From the human T2T-CHM13v2.0 reference genome, Homo sapiens, in NCBI RefSeq assembly GCF_009914755.1, contig NC_060942.1: DNA of 64,000 nucleotides. One strand, written 5' to 3'. A model generated the notes under the pieces. That model was not told the origin of the DNA. It saw only the letters and a list, made by a program, of their open reading frames with translations, and did no database searches. Position 1 is the first letter of the stretch. Each line of letters starts with the position of its first letter. This document shows, piece after piece, positions 14,031-32,610 of the stretch. A program made the translations under genes and the position numbers.

Positions 14031-14249
14031 CAGCACTTCTGAACCTCACCAGCATTAACATGTAAGATTGGATTTTTCTTTGTTGTGGGCACATGTCCTG
14101 TTCAGGATGTTTAGCAGCATCTCTGGCCTTTACCCACTGGATGCCAGTAATATCTCCTCTCCTCCATGTTGTAGCAATCCAAAATGTCTGTAGACATTGC
14201 CAAATTTCCCCCTTGGCAGGGAGGGAATCTTCCCAGTTGGAAACCACTG
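14031..14249 (-). mobile_element. MER20 (hAT-Charlie)
   Basis: tgtttagcagcatctctggcctttacccactggatgccagt...gacattgccaaat...aaccactg; 8-bp TSD AGCTAGAG / AGCTAGAT. Confidence 0.9.
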
Positions 14250-15265
14250 AGCTAGATTAGCATACCCTGTAGGTTGCTCCAAGGTACATGGGTCCTCTTG
14301 AGAAGCTCTGAGAAAATAAATAAATCAAGTGTCCCATTGTCAGATAAGCATCAGGAAAGTGGTATGGCACCTCACTGCCCTTTTGCCAGGCCTTTGTCTT
14401 CTGTTTGAAAAGTAGGTTTTAACCTTGACAGTGCTTCTCTGCTCAGTCTTAACCTCTTGATTTTGGTGATCTCATCCTTTCCATGGATCGGAATTCCATC
14501 CATGTGCCAACTCCCAAATGTATATCATTAATGCAGAGAGAGATCAATGTTCTGGCTGTTTCTTTAATAATTATCATGAGATCTCCACCCCGACGTATTC
14601 AAGACTAAACTTTTGCTCTTCCCTCTTTGAGCCTTCCCTTTCACCCTTTCCCTCATCTCAAGACATGAGGACTACTACTTAGGCTTGAACCTGAGTCTCT
14701 CATTCTTTCCTCCCCCATATCCAACCGGTGTTGTGCTCATTTACTTTCAAACTGTATTGTGTAACTGGCCACTTTGCCTGATTGTAATTGCCACTGTCTC
14801 AGGTCAAGCTATCATCATCTCTCATTTGGAGAACTTCAATAACCTCTTAGCTGATCTCCATGCTTCCACCACTGACCCCTCTCCACACAACAGCCAGAGT
14901 GGTCTTCTTAAAACAAATCACGTCTGTTTCTGGCTTGCTGAAACCCGTTAGAGGGTCTGTGATTGCATTTAAGATAACTGAATGTAATCTACAGACTCAG
15001 TAAAACTGGGTCCTCTTTCTCTGTGTAGCCTCCTCTTATGCCATTATCCCTTTTGCTGGCTGTGTTCCAGGCACATGGGCTGCTCTCAGTTCTGTTTAAA
15101 GGAATAGGAGCTGATGCTTAGCAATAACTCATGCTTCAGCCTGTTGCTTTCATAATAAGTCCTTTCATGAGCCCCCACCAACAGCCATACATTCTCATTG
15201 TTATACCTCTCTACATGAATCTTTCTACTTTTCTTTTTAGCACTAGTTATAATTGTAATTTTATA

Positions 15266-17935
<2,670 letters not shown>

Positions 17936-19084
17936 TATTTATTTCCCTCATGATTTGTTGAACATCTACCTTTTTTTAGTAAATTGCAAGTTCCATGAAG
18001 TCCATAATCATGCTTCTTTTGGTTACAACATTGTATCTCCAACATCTAACTGGATCTTCAACACATATTTATGGAATAATTGAATCTGTTTTCTACCACC
18101 CCTGCCCCACTCCTCCTGGCAATTAACAATTCACATCAGCATATTAAAAATCCAAATTTTTTTAAAATAAATATGTTCTGAAACTTAGTTGTCCAAGGAA
18201 CTGTACCCCCATAACGCTGATAAATATCTTATTTTAGGGTACAATGGGCTAAATTATCTGTGAGTTGTCTTCCAGCTGATTGATTACAGCATCTTATTTC
18301 AGGGGGAAATACTTTGAAACGATCAAGGCCGTATGAACTTTGGTTCAAATTCAAATGCTTATAAAATTATTAAGACATATGTAGAGCTCAAAGTGTTCTA
18401 ATAATTATAAAGCCATTATCAGGGTAAACTGCAATTGTAGGAGTGAAGTTAAATCCCCAACTATACACTTTCATTGGACCTCTTTCCTTCCTCGGAAGTG
18501 AACTTGTCATTCTTACATTCACATTGTTTGCCTATTGATATTGTGTAGCTATTGGGGCACAGCCATTACAGCCATTGTGCCAAGGGGACCAGGTCCTCAA
18601 AGTAGGAGCCAGGGCTCTTAGAGTCAATATCTAGCTTTCTTTTCAATGATAATTAAGTACTCAGAGCTCTGGTCTATCAATGAGCTTGCTGCAGAGTGTT
18701 TATGAGAGCAAAATATGATAAGAAATATAAAACATTTTTGACAGTCTATAAAATTTTTATAAAAACAAGTTACTTCAATGAACCAATTTTTTAATATTTA
18801 ATAAGTCTTTATTAAATATATGTATTTGCTTTATTAAATTTAGAAGGAAAAGGCTGAAACATTTTATCATGTTCAAACATCATGGAAATAAAAAATAAAT
18901 GGAATGCCCATGAGATGGTAAAAAATGTGACACCCTTATTACTAATTTTAATGGAACACATCTAGGTCTTGATTACTCAGGCACTGGATACCCACACTAT
19001 TATGCTAACAGCAGAGACAGGTATATTATGATACAAGGTTTTTTTTCCTTTAAACTGGGAACATTACATAGGATATAATACATT

Positions 19085-19406
19085 GGGTGGACCTGGTCGT
19101 TCATGCCTGTAATCCCAGCACTTTGGGAGGCTGAGGTAGGAGGGTTGCTTGAGGCCAGGAGTTTGAGACCAGCCTGGGCAACATAAGAAGACCCTGTCTC
19201 TACAAAAAAAAAAAAAAAAAAAAAAAAAACACTTAAAAATTTTCCAGGGATGGTGGCATGCACCTCTGTAGTCCTAGCTACTAGGGAAACTGAGATGGGA
19301 GAATTGCTTGAGGCTAAGAGTTCAAGGCTACAGTGAGCTATGATTGTGCCACTGCACTCCAGCAGTAGTCACAGAGTGAGACCCTGTTTCTAAAAAAGGA
19401 AAAAAA
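19085..19406 (+). mobile_element. AluJ
   Basis: Diverged dimer (gaggccaggagtttgagaccagcctgggcaacata; gagttcaaggctacagtgagctatgat) with expanded middle A-run. Confidence 0.92.
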
Positions 19407-19690
19407 CACATTGAGCCACATCATAATGTCTAACGAGTGCCAACTTTGTGCCAGGGCTTGTGGTCACTGTGGTGCAACTATTATCTCATGAAATCATCAC
19501 AGTGCCCTATAGGATATTTGCAAGTCTTTGAATGACTTTATGCAGCTTCCCCACTGAAGCTGGAAAGGGGGCAATGTCACTTGCCCCTTCTGGAGCCAGC
19601 CTGTCTCCCAGATCTCCTAACTACACTAATCTAGGTTTGAGAGCTCTAAAATTTGTTTCTAATTTGTAGCAGTCTTTTGATGTATTAAGA

Positions 19691-20343
19691 TATAGATCCT
19701 CATTACTTGCAGAATCTGAATTTGTGAATTTACCTGCATGCTAAAATTTATTTGTAACCCCCAAATCAATACTCACAGTGTTTTCATGGCCATTCATGGA
19801 TGTGTGCAGAGCTGCAAAAATTTTGGGTTGCCCAGTGCTCATGTCACCACCTAAGACAGAAAAAAAGGTACTCTCTGTCTTCTCGTTTCAGCCCCCATAC
19901 TATAAGAAAGTGCCCCTTTTTTGGTATGTTTCTGCCAATTTTTCCATTTTTTTCTTTTTGTTGGTGACTTCACTGTTTAAAATGGTCCCCAAATGTAGTG
20001 CTGAAGTGCTTTCTAGGTTCCTAAACACAATAAGGGTGTGGTGTGACTTACAGAGAAAATATGTTCTCTCTACAAATTTTGAAAAGCTTTGCTCAGGCAT
20101 TAGTTATAGTGCTATTGGATGTTTCAGTATTAATGAATCGACATTATATATTAAATAAGATGTCTCTAAACAGAAACACACAAAAAACAAAGTGTATATT
20201 AATTGGTTGATAAAACAGTGTGATCAGAGGCTCACAGGAAGCTAACCTTGTGTTTCCTCTAGAAGTAATCATTCAGTATTCACTAATTAGCATTTGTGGC
20301 AACTTTATAGAACACAACTCCTGCAAATAACAAGAATTGACTG
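19691..20343. mobile_element. MER82-like TcMar-Tigger non-autonomous element
   Basis: gatcctcattacttgcag...ctaaaatttatttgtaacccccaaatcaatac...cctgcaaataacaagaattgactg with imperfect terminal inverted repeats; ~650 bp. Confidence 0.75.
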
Positions 20344-21293
20344 CCACTAAAGACACCATTGCACTTGACTTTTTTAATTGCCTGCTTGATGTCAGGTAAT
20401 CTGATTATTCAGCCTTTGATTTCAGATTGAGTGATTAATGAAAGACCTTGAATACAAAATTTTAAACTGGTGGGAACTTTTATGAGGAAGTCATAAAGGC
20501 CTGCAGTCAAAGATTTGTAATGGGAGTCCTCATGAACCCCGACTCTCCCAGGCAAATGACATCAATATAATCTCACTGGTACTCAGCAGAATTCAGAGTT
20601 ATTTTTTTTGACTTGGAATATGATGTCTTCCAGGGTGAAAAGAAAGAAATAGAAGTAGAAATTTGAGTAATTTCAGTTTACCATGCTTTTAAAAATGTTG
20701 ACAAGGTGTACTGTTATGTATGATTCAAGCTAAGTTTGTCAGAAACAGTGAATTGTTAAATTTAAGTCATGCTTATAAAAATCTATGAGATCCCTAACTA
20801 TCTTCCTTGTAAGTTCTCACATAAAAGGTTAATTTATTCCAATCTATTAACTTATTAAGTACAAAAAGGGCATATTGAAATACTACTGTAAAATAACTTT
20901 TTAAATAATAAGTAAAACTGTGAAAAAAGGGAGTTTTGACCTTTCATTTTTTGCTTCATTCTTTTATGGTAAGTGTAAAAATTACTTCAAGGAAATCCTA
21001 TTTCTTTCATTTGTAATCATAATTTTTTAACAGAAAGTGCTGTTATTTAAAAACTTTTGATGAGTTTTTTCCTCCAAGAGTCAACTTATAGTAGAAGTAC
21101 TTCTGTTTCCAATAATAATGAATGAGCTATAATTTATTTAAATTTTGATGAGTTTTTTTTTTTTTTTTTTTTTTTACAAAAGCAATGATTCTTAGGCAAC
21201 TTGTCAAAAGACGTCATTTCAGTTTTGAGGCAAGTACTGGGTTATTATATTAAATTGTGAGAATAGGTTAATTTAGCTATCACAATGAGTATT

Positions 21294-21672
21294 TGTATTA
21301 ATACGTTCTTACAATGCTAATAAAGACATAGCTGAGACTGGGTAATTTATAAAGGAAAGAGGTTTAATTGACTCACAGTTCAGCGTGGCTTGGGATGCTT
21401 CAGGAAACATACAGTCATGGTGGAAGTGGAAGCAAACACATCCTTCCTCACATGGAGAAGGACAGCAAGGAGAAATGCTGAGCAAAAGGGGGGAAAGGAC
21501 CTTATAAAACCATCAGACCTTGTTGTGAGAATTCACTATCACAAGACCAGCATGCGGGTAAACACCCCCATGATTAAATTAGCTCCCACTGGGTCCCTTC
21601 TGGGACACATGGGGATTATGGGAACTACAATTCAAGATGAGATTTAGGTGGGGATGCAGCCAAATCACGTCA
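21294..21672 (-). mobile_element. THE1 (C-like) solo LTR
   Basis: tgtattaat...gagactgggtaatttataaaggaaagaggtttaattgactcacagttc...gatgagatttaggtgggga; perfect 5-bp TSD GTATT at 21289-21293 and 21673-21677. Confidence 0.93.
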
Positions 21673-21688
21673 GTATTATTCCTAAAAA

Positions 21689-22026
<338 letters not shown>

Positions 22027-22839
22027 TTAGGCAACATTTTATTATTGCGTTAGTCATGTAATTTTATTATAAGCACCTCCTCTGTATCAGGTGCTGAGAT
22101 GGTTGTTTTACATGTATTTTATCTAATTCTGTCAGTAACTGCACACAATAAGTATTACATTCTTTATACAGATGGAGGCACTGAGGTACAGAAGGTCTAA
22201 ATATTTTGCTCAAGATGTATAGAAAATTAATATAGGTTATTAAAGAAAAATAATCAAATTTAGGTATAGGAAAACATACAAATTCCTTGCTTTTTTATAC
22301 TTTCTAAATTATTTGTAAATAATATAACCTAATGTTTAATTTTTAAGAAATGTGTAACTTGTAATGACAAACATGACTGACATAGAACAGAGTATTGCTA
22401 GTTGATTTATCATTGACTGAGAGCTTAAGAAAGCTACGTCAAGGGTCATTAGTCATTCTTATTTAGCAAGTAACTCATCACAGATGTCTTATTATTCTGT
22501 TATTTTCCACCTACATATTTTCTGCCACGAGGTACTGAGGCAATTCAGGAAAACATTTGTGTTAGGACTTTGTGGCTTTTGAACCCGGTGGCTGCTTTTA
22601 GGTGGGATTCATACACCTTTAACAGGTTGAAAATTAAATTGCTTTATAGATGGCATCTTCAAAGGAATGGTGGTAAATTGTGAGTGATTGGTATCAAGCA
22701 GTTTGTCTTTTACAGCATCAAATAGTGTTTCCTCATAAACCATAGCCTCTCTCGTTCTTGTCACTCAGGAATTCTTATGGTACAAAGTAGCATCTCTTCT
22801 CCTCTCCGTACCTTCCACTCAGTAGGAAAGCTTAATCTT

Positions 22840-23224
22840 GTTTTTATTGAGATATATCTTATGCGCCATAAACTCACCCTTTGAAAATGTACAATTCAGC
22901 GGTGTTCAGTGTATTCATAAGCTTGGGCTGCCATCACTGCTATTTAGTTCCAGAACATTGTCATCATTCCAAAAGTATACCCTGTATCTGTTAGCTATCC
23001 CTCCCCATTCACCCCTCTTTCCATCCACTGGAAAACACCAGTCTACTTTCTGTCTCTCTAGATTTGCCTATTCTGGATATTTCATATAAATAGAATCATA
23101 TAATATATGTCCTTTTGTGTCTGGCTTCTCTCACTTAGCACAGTGTTTCCATAGTTTATCCATATTATAGTAGGTATTAGTGCTTCATTTCTTTTTATGC
23201 CTGGGTAATATTCCATCATAGGGG

Positions 23225-23260
<36 letters not shown>

Positions 23261-23445
23261 TACACACATACATATGCATACATACATACACACACACACA
23301 CACCACACATTTGTTTATTCATTTATCAGTCCATAGACATTTAGCTTGTTTCCACTTTTGGCTATTCTGAACAGTGCTACTATGAACGTTTCTCTATAAG
23401 GTTTTTTGTGCAGGCATAGGTTTTTATTTATATTGTGTAAATAGG
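22840..23445 (-). mobile_element. L1MB-type 3' end with embedded (TA)n(CA)n at ~23226-23303
   Basis: tttattgagatata...ccagtctactttctgtctctctagatttgcctattctggatatttcatataaatagaatcata is a typical antisense L1MB 3' UTR; ends ~160 bp before the TM exon. Confidence 0.85.
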
Positions 23446-23581
23446 TGTTTCCTCTCATTTTTTCATTGCTTCCCTCGAACTCCCATCACTACCCCTAAGT
23501 TCAGAAAAGCCCAGAACATTAGGAACTTTGTATATCCCAAGAGAGCTTGGTAAAACTTCTGCCACATCTTCCTAAACCTGA

Positions 23582-23770
<189 letters not shown>

Positions 23771-24818
23771 TAGGTAACAGCTGGTTCCCAAGAGGAAAGA
23801 AGTCATTGTCTTTTGGGGTTATATTTTTGATGGTCCTCTTTCTGCGTTCTTTCATAATTCACCCCATGTCCTTACTTCCTAACCCTGGCAAAACCTTGCG
23901 TTTTGTCTATTCCAGGCCTATCATTAAGTGAGTGAGGGCTAGACTCGCAGATAAGATAACTAACAAAATCCATCTGGGACCCACTTATATTTCTGTTTGC
24001 TTTTACTTCTCTGACCCCTTCTCATTTTCAAGTGAGCGCAGGTGTTCCTTAGGTAACACCTAGAGAATAGACTCCACCATGCCCCTGTTTCTGGCCTTCC
24101 CTGAAATCATGTACACGAGATTTGAGGAATGTGTTTCTCTGTGTGCACTTATTTACCACTTTTTACAAGGAGCCCTGTAGGCAGTTAATCAATACTTATT
24201 GGAGAGATGACTAAATATAGAATGCCAGACTCTGTACAGTTACAATCCTGTTGGTGCTTAGTTTGGAGGCAGTAGTTAAGAAAGAAGAGAGAGTTCTGAG
24301 ATTCAAAATGGTTTATTTTCTGTGGTTAATTGTCAGAAATTAAAAGTGTTGAGGGCTTTAAGAATATTTTCATATTATGCAGCTTTAGGTTCTAGCAGAT
24401 GCAGAGAATGATACATCAAAGTACAAAGTTTAAAATGGAAAAGTGATTTTTATTCAGCCTATATCCTTGCAGCAACACCCTGTAACTGGCCAGTTAGTCT
24501 GTGTCAGCCAGTGCTGGGAGTCAGCAATAATCTCACAGCCATTCTCTGCCTCTTTGACTTTCTAGTCCTTTTAAAATTCAGCCTGATGTGTCTTTTTCAG
24601 CTACACTCTCTCACTGAGTTGACTATCTTAGGCTCTTCCATGAGTTTTTGGTTCTGGTTTTAGGTTTTTCCATTGGCCTCAGGCATGACATTACCTCTGA
24701 AAGCCTGAGGTATGGGTTCATAGGTGGCTGGTTTGACAACTGTGTACTTTACACTTTGCTAGAAAAGATTCTCCAGCAAATAATGTTCCCCCTTCTGTTG
24801 CTAATAGCTCGCTCTTGC

Positions 24819-24868
24819 TCTCTCTCTCTCTCTCTCTCTCCATCTCTCTCTCTCTCTGTCTGTCTTTC
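24819..24868. repeat. (CT)n microsatellite
   Basis: Direct reading. Confidence 0.9.
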
Positions 24869-25988
24869 TTTAAGTCCTGTAACTCTATTTGTAGATCTCT
24901 AGTTTACCTTCCAGCACTCTGAAGTGACATGTTTAGAAAGAGAACAGGGGAAGATATACATACTGAAGAAAAGTAACATGGGGTGTAGATGCAGGCTTTG
25001 TATTTAATTTATTTCTATGGCAGGACAAATTTTCTAACCAGCTGATTTATGAGATTTGACTAGTTTGAAGCTGGTGATAGCTGGTGTGCTGCTCCATTGT
25101 GCCTAAGCAAGAAACCTGCTAGAGTGAGCTTAGCTGGGCCAGCCTCATGTGTGAGCATTCTGGGAAGTCATAATCACTCACAGAGCTTCCACAGTGCAGG
25201 GCTGTTAATAAGGCTCTGGAGGGGAAAGTAACTAATTGAGTAAGGCATTGAACAATCTCTTGGTGCTGTGTTATCAGGAAAGGGGTTGTGAAATCACGGA
25301 ACAGTGGAACATCAAGGCAGCAGGTCTCTGAAGCAGAGTTAAGAGGGACTCATGTAAAAGAAGGTGGGGAGGCGGTACCAAAATGACACCTGGCCTACCA
25401 TATAACTGCTTTCAAGACACTGAAGCATTCACTAAACTAGCCAAATGTAACTAAGCTATCTGTAGTGGGTTTGTTTTTGATTTGGGTTCCCCCCCGCCCC
25501 GTGTCATTTCTGTGAGAAGAATGTTCGAGCATTAGATTGACCTGATGAACTGGATTCCTGGATATATTTTGTTTCTCCACAGAGAGAACACCAGTCTTCT
25601 CAATGTGCAAAAGTGGGATTTGGTGCCATGTTGAGAAAATCTCCAGTCATCTTAAATCCTACCCTAAGCACTTTGGCAAAAGCTTCAGGGCTTTATTTGG
25701 AAAAGGGAGACTCTGAGCCCTGAGTATGACTTGTTTTTAAAAATAGGGACCTAATTAAAGAATAAGTGGTTCTATTAATGACTGAAAATCCAAGAACAGT
25801 TAGTTGTAGAGTCACTTTGGTTTTTCCTCACTGCACTCTCAAAGTCTTTTAATAGTTACTTGTGTTCACACTTTGTTTCATATCTTTCTTCAGTAGCAGA
25901 CCCGTTGGCATTCATTTTTCATCCCTTTGTGTGCATATTTTCATAGAGAAAAAGAAAATGTTTCCTTCAAGTTATTTCTGAACTATAG

Positions 25989-26325
<337 letters not shown>

Positions 26326-27187
26326 CCTTATAGTTTAGTTTTTTGTTATTTGTTCCATTGAGGACCGCTACTCCTCTGCATCACAATTGAGCCCTTCAGA
26401 ACAAACTGGATAATGCAGGTGAAAGCAAAATCAATTCCAATCTGAAACAGAAATAAGATCCCCTCCAAAGCTCTTAGAAAATTGGACTTTAATGTAATTA
26501 ATAAGTTGAAGTAGAAAACGCATTCACGAGCTTCTTCAATATCTCTTTTGGGGTTCTAGAGAATATAAATTTTTCTTTATGTTTTTTTTGGGGGACTTGA
26601 ATTACATCCAAGTGAATTGAAAAAGTTCTATGGACTCTCAGTAATATCTTATTCAGGTTAAGTGTCTATGCATTTAATAAACCTAACCTTTTTATAAAAT
26701 CATACATATATTCAACAATTAGGCTATCCAGTTGATTCAGACTAGTGGGTAAGATTTCATTTTTATTATATAAAATAGCTAATGAAAGTCAGTACCCAAG
26801 TTCTAGTTCTGGGTTCTACTGCTTCTATAGTAAACTAATCATATCACCTAAATGAAGACCCTTAATACTTGGGTGGCAGTTTCTTTAAATATAATGATAA
26901 TTTGGGCTAAATGCTTTCTATCATTCTCTTTAGCTTTTTTTGTTGGTTTTTTTGTCCAGAGCCAGGTAACAATCTTCTACTTTTAAAACATAAAAATTCC
27001 CAATGGAATACTTCTAATTTATAGAATCACATGGTAGCATTAAGCTTTAAATTACTGCAGTTCTTTTCAGTTATTTATTAAACTTTTTTACTACTGTACT
27101 TTGAAGAGACCCCTTCCACAGTTTCTATTAGTGAGATTATCGTATGACATCTAATACAGAAAAAATTATATTTTATGAAAACTTAAG

Positions 27188-27478
27188 GCTGGACACACCT
27201 GTAACCCCAGCCTTTTGGGAGGCCAAGACATGAGGATGGCTTGAGACCAGGAGTTTGAGACCAGCCTGGGCCACATAGTGAGACCTTATCTCTAAAAAAT
27301 TTTAAATCAGCCAGATATGGTGGTGCTTACCTGCAGTCCCAGATACTCAGGAGGCTGAGGTTGGGGGATCACTTAAGCCTGGGATGTGGAAGCTGCAGTG
27401 AGCCATGATTGCATCACTGTACTCCGGCCTGGGTGACAGAGTGAGGCCTGTCTCAAAAGAGAAAAAAAGAAACAAAAC
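27188..27478 (+). mobile_element. AluJ
   Basis: Diverged dimer with small 5' deletion. Confidence 0.9.
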
Positions 27479-29668
27479 TTAAGTTGATTTTTGTCCCTGT
27501 TTCTCTGTTTTTTAATAAGGCAATAACATTTTCTCGCCCAACATATGGAACACATGTTATTAGTTAGACTTTATCCACAGATACTAAGGACAAAAATATA
27601 TGAAATTGAGCAAATCCAGGAGATCTAGAACGCATGGTTATTACATTTCTAAGGCAGTTACCTGGGTAGGTGATCTACAGTCTTGTCTGAATGCTTTAAA
27701 TTTAAACATGTAAATAAAACCTAAGGTGTACTTGTTAGAACCACTGGCTGGCTGGGCCTTCTATTTGACTTGACATGTGGACAGCAAGTTTTAAAGATTA
27801 GTATGCATTCAAATCTTGACAAAAATAATTATTTTTAGTACTGACGATGAAATGTCTAGGCTCTTAAATGAAATCTACAGTATTTTAACTATTATAGGTC
27901 ACTTTTACTGATTTTTCACTTGTTAACGTTTTAATTGGTTTTCAATATTCACCTCATAAGAGATTTGAACTATCAGCTACCTTAAGACTTCATTATATCT
28001 TAATTCCATCTCAGAATTTTTTCTGAGATATATTTGAGTATCTGGAATTTGACCTGGGTTTCTAATACAAATTTTTGGTTTTGTTTTTATTTTTATTCCA
28101 CTAACTGCTATTAATCAAAATGGACAATTAGGGGCTAGAAGCCTTTGGAAAAGATTTGGAAAGAAAGCAGAGAAATGTTTCTACTTATCAATATATCTTT
28201 TTCTGATTAACTTGTAATTATTTATTCACACTCACTTCAAGCTTCCTTCCTTCCTGAAGACTTCCCCCAAACCCCTGGTGGGTCAGAATGTTCCTGCCTC
28301 AATCCCTATCAGATGTTGGGCATGTCTTTTAACCACGGGAATTAGTACAGCACTCTTTATTTGTCTGCCTAATAAAGTTGGGAACAACTTTAGCAGACGA
28401 TGCCTGAGTCCGTAGTGGAAATTTAATAATTTATTATGATGTGCCAAAATAACCTATATGGTAACAGCTGCATTTTAGAACTTCAATGGACACAGTCTTG
28501 CATAAAATGGACACTCAACCAATGTTGGTTTTTACTCATTCACATCCCCAGCATACTAATTAAAAGTGAAAAGGAAAAAAAACTCCCCTTACAGTAATAG
28601 GTTATGCATAAAGTAAGGAATGGGTAAACCAGTACAGAACCAGAGAAGAAGCTTTCAGATAAATACTTGCATGTCAATAATGGAAAGTAATTCTTATTAT
28701 TTAATTCAAGTAATTATTGTGTGCTTTATATGGGATCTGCATCATACAAAGTAACAAATCTGATTAATATTAACTCTCAAGCTAAAAATCTTTTTGCAAT
28801 TTCCCACTGACTTCTTGATATTATTAAAAATGTATCTATTTGGGCCAAGGCCTCCTATGTTTTTGTCCCTTCTACTTTTTCATGCACACAAACTGTCATG
28901 CCGCAGTGCATGCTCCTCATTCCAACAATGCAGAAATTCCCAGGAGCCATGCCATGTTACAATCATTTTTTAAGCTTTCAATGCCTCCCTGATCTTTACA
29001 TTTGTAGTACTTAGCACATTTCTTGACACATAGTCAATCATCCATAAATATTGATTGAATAAATAAATAAGTGTTGTAAAACAATGGATGATGTTGAAGA
29101 AGTAAAGGAAACAGAGTTTGCTCCACTTTCACTGAAGGAACTGAATTATCACAAAGGGAGCAGCTGGACAGCTCAATAAGACACACGGTGATCAATGCCA
29201 AGGTGAGTGGTACAGAGAGAGATGAGGGAAATGATTTAGATTCTCTAAGATTACAGTGACCTGAGATGGTCAGGAAGGTTCCCTGAAGGAGAGAGTCTTG
29301 AAAGGAGACTTAAAGAATAAGTCATTTGCAAGTTAGGATTTTGAAGGCACTGTGGGCAGAAATTAAATAAGTAAACAAACAAAACAAAAAATAGAGCACC
29401 AGCACCTGACCATGCTGTCAAAGTTTTGCCATGATCTGAGAAGGAGAAAACAGAGAGCCTGGGAGGGTTCTTTGTTTGCCTTTATCAAGAATACCTGGGG
29501 TAGAAGGAGACCCTCCTATTCTAGGGCTATTTTAGAAGCAGAAGGATGACTGGTGCCTGAGGGAAAAGATACATTTGGTATTTGCAGAGGGGCCAAACAT
29601 GAAATACTCTATGTCAAATAGAAAAACTAGCTTTAAAATACAAACAAAACCAAATAATTCACTATGAT

Positions 29669-29850
29669 AGTGCTTCTTAAATTTTAGACAGATTCACCTG
29701 GAGAGTGTTAAAAGACAGACTGCCCCCTGCAACCAAGTTTCTGATTCAGTGGTTCTGCAGTGGGGCCTGAGAATGTGCATTTCTAACAAGTTCCCAGGCA
29801 GTGGCAGTGCTGATGCCTCTGGTTTAGAGACCCCACTTTGGCAACCACTG
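29669..29850. mobile_element. MER5A (hAT-Charlie)
   Basis: gtttctgattcagtggttctgcagtggggcctgagaatgtgcatttctaacaagttcccagg...ccactttggcaaccactg. Confidence 0.85.
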
Positions 29851-31359
29851 TACTAGGAGCACCTGAATACACATTTCGAAGAATCTAATGGTGAGACACA
29901 GGAACCGTGGGCTGCAATGAGCAGCAGTCGTGTCAAGAACCAACAGATGGGCAGAAGGTCAGGGTGACACCTGTTCCTATAGGTTTTAAGACAAATTTCA
30001 GACAATTTAATTATGAGCACATGTTAGTTTTATTACAAACCTGCTGTGGTAGAGGTTGGAGGGACAAAAGAAGGAGAGGCTCTCCAAGGCCAAAGATTTC
30101 TCCTTTAATAAGAGATACGATAGGAAATAAAAGTGGTTAGATGGTCATGGCTAGAATAAATACAAAAAGGAAATAAAGTCTATTTAGAGATCTTTAGCTT
30201 CTTGACTGACAGTCAGCTGGGTGGGTGAGCAACTTCTTAGAACTTGTCTTGATCTGATTAAAATCCAGCAGAAAAATGCCTGTTCATTTTATGAGGAACT
30301 ACAATTTCTTCCCCAGTGGAGATTATGAATCACAACATACAAAAAGGTTCTGCCAGGTTTGGAACTCTTTTAAAAACAGAAGCCATCTGGGGCTCGTTGG
30401 TACTGAAGTCATGGAAACTAGCAAATAAATGAATAAGTGAAAAGGCATGCTTGTAAGCAAGGGGAAACCAGAATTTGTAATTTATTGCTGGTTTCAATTT
30501 TATCTTGACTACTTTCTTTATTCCAGGTTATTTAAATATTGAGTTAAATAAGGAGTTTGGCTATGTTTTCCTGAATTTGGGAACTGGTACTTCTCTGTGT
30601 GCAGCCACACAGATGCTGGTGTTAAGTTATTTAGCATTTTGATCTTCTAGAAAGAGAGATAACAGGGTGAAACATCCAAGTTTGAGAATGACATTACATT
30701 TTCTATGAAGTTACCAGGAGTAGATTACACAGGGAGCTGTGTGTGAGTTGCAGATCAGTTTGCCGTGGGCAAGTGAAGTATATAGAAATGAATTCAGGAA
30801 ATAAATGGTTATCAGTGAGTTATTATCTTAGACACATAGACACTTAGAAAATAGGGGTTGTTTCAGACCATTGTTTTAAAACATTGTGGGGCTGCCACCA
30901 GGAAATCAGCAAAGTGCAGGTAGTGTTATTTTTTCTCTGCTAAAATACAAAATAGATACTAGGTCTGGGATTCTTTATCTCCTATCCTCATCAGCACGCT
31001 TCAAGAAAGACAAAAAAAAGGATGTCAGGGAAAATTCAACAAATTACACCACCAAATATTTATTAATTACCTAGTATTTACAAAGCTACTTATTCATCAT
31101 CGGAAAACCAAAGCCACTCCAATGACTTTGCACAGGTTACAGGTGTTTTCACTGAGAGTAGCTTGTATGAACTATTGAGCAGCCATGGAAGGTAGTTATT
31201 ATAATAAACTGTTCACTGCAAATTAAGGAAGTGGGAAGTAGATGCTTCTCTAGTCTGCTGTCAAAACTAGATTTTAACAGTTTGCATTATTTCTTACAAG
31301 AGACATTATTTTTAAAGAAATAGAAGTTACAAGTAGAGATTTAAAAGTTATAAAACTAG

Positions 31360-31563
31360 GGAAAGGGTCAAAAATGATTTCTGAAAAGGACCAAATAATA
31401 CATGGTTTAGGATTTTTGAGCCATATAGTATCTGTCACAACTATTCAATTCTGCCATTGCAGTGCAAAAATAAATGAGCTTGGCCATGTTCCAATAAAAC
31501 TTTATTTACAAAACTAGGCTGTGGGCAGATTTGGCTTGCAAACTGTAGTTTACTGACCCCCTG
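31360..31563. mobile_element. MER58A-like (hAT-Charlie)
   Basis: tctgtcacaactattcaattctgccattgcagtgcaaaa...gttccaataaaactttatttacaaaa...gtagtttactgaccccctg. Confidence 0.85.
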
Positions 31564-32265
31564 CTGTAGAGAATGACTAACATGAACATTGTGTTACTTC
31601 ACTTATCACACAGGGAACATTTAATCTCACTAGCCTCAAGAAGAGATTATCACCCCAAAAATAAATTTATAGTTGTTAAAGCCTTATTGAGGCAAATAAG
31701 AAACATGTGAAATACATTTTCAAACTGTGTTCTTCTCCTTTCAAAGGATCTGTCTCACTGTGTTTGAATCTGGACACTCAGTGATGCCAAGGCAAAAGTG
31801 TTTTATTCTCCTAAGAATATCCTCATGTGGCCTTTTGTCTTCAAATAACAAGTTTCCCAGTTGCACATTAAATTATACAGCTGAGGTATAGACTTTCTTC
31901 TAAGACCTCATCTTAGCTATTGGCATAAATTCTGGCCTTTTTTATTTCTATTTGCCCTTTCAAAGCAACTCCTTCATTTATCTCCTAAACAGATGTTGCC
32001 ATCAGGTACCTTATGCCTGGCTCCAAAGATTGGCATATGGTTCCATCTAACCCATTTTCACCTTGCACATGAATCTGCAGCCGCTGAAGCTGGAGAAAGG
32101 AGCTCTCTGCCAGGAAGCCGAGGCCCTGGGGATTCAGCACTGCATCCTTTATAATGTGGTGAAGCTCCAGGGGGGAAGAGGAAAGGCAGCCAAGACAAGT
32201 CTGCCAATTCCTGGGTTTCACAGGGCTCATTCTGCGAGTCCTTTTGTTTCCTTTCCTGCTTCTAA

Positions 32266-32610
<345 letters not shown>

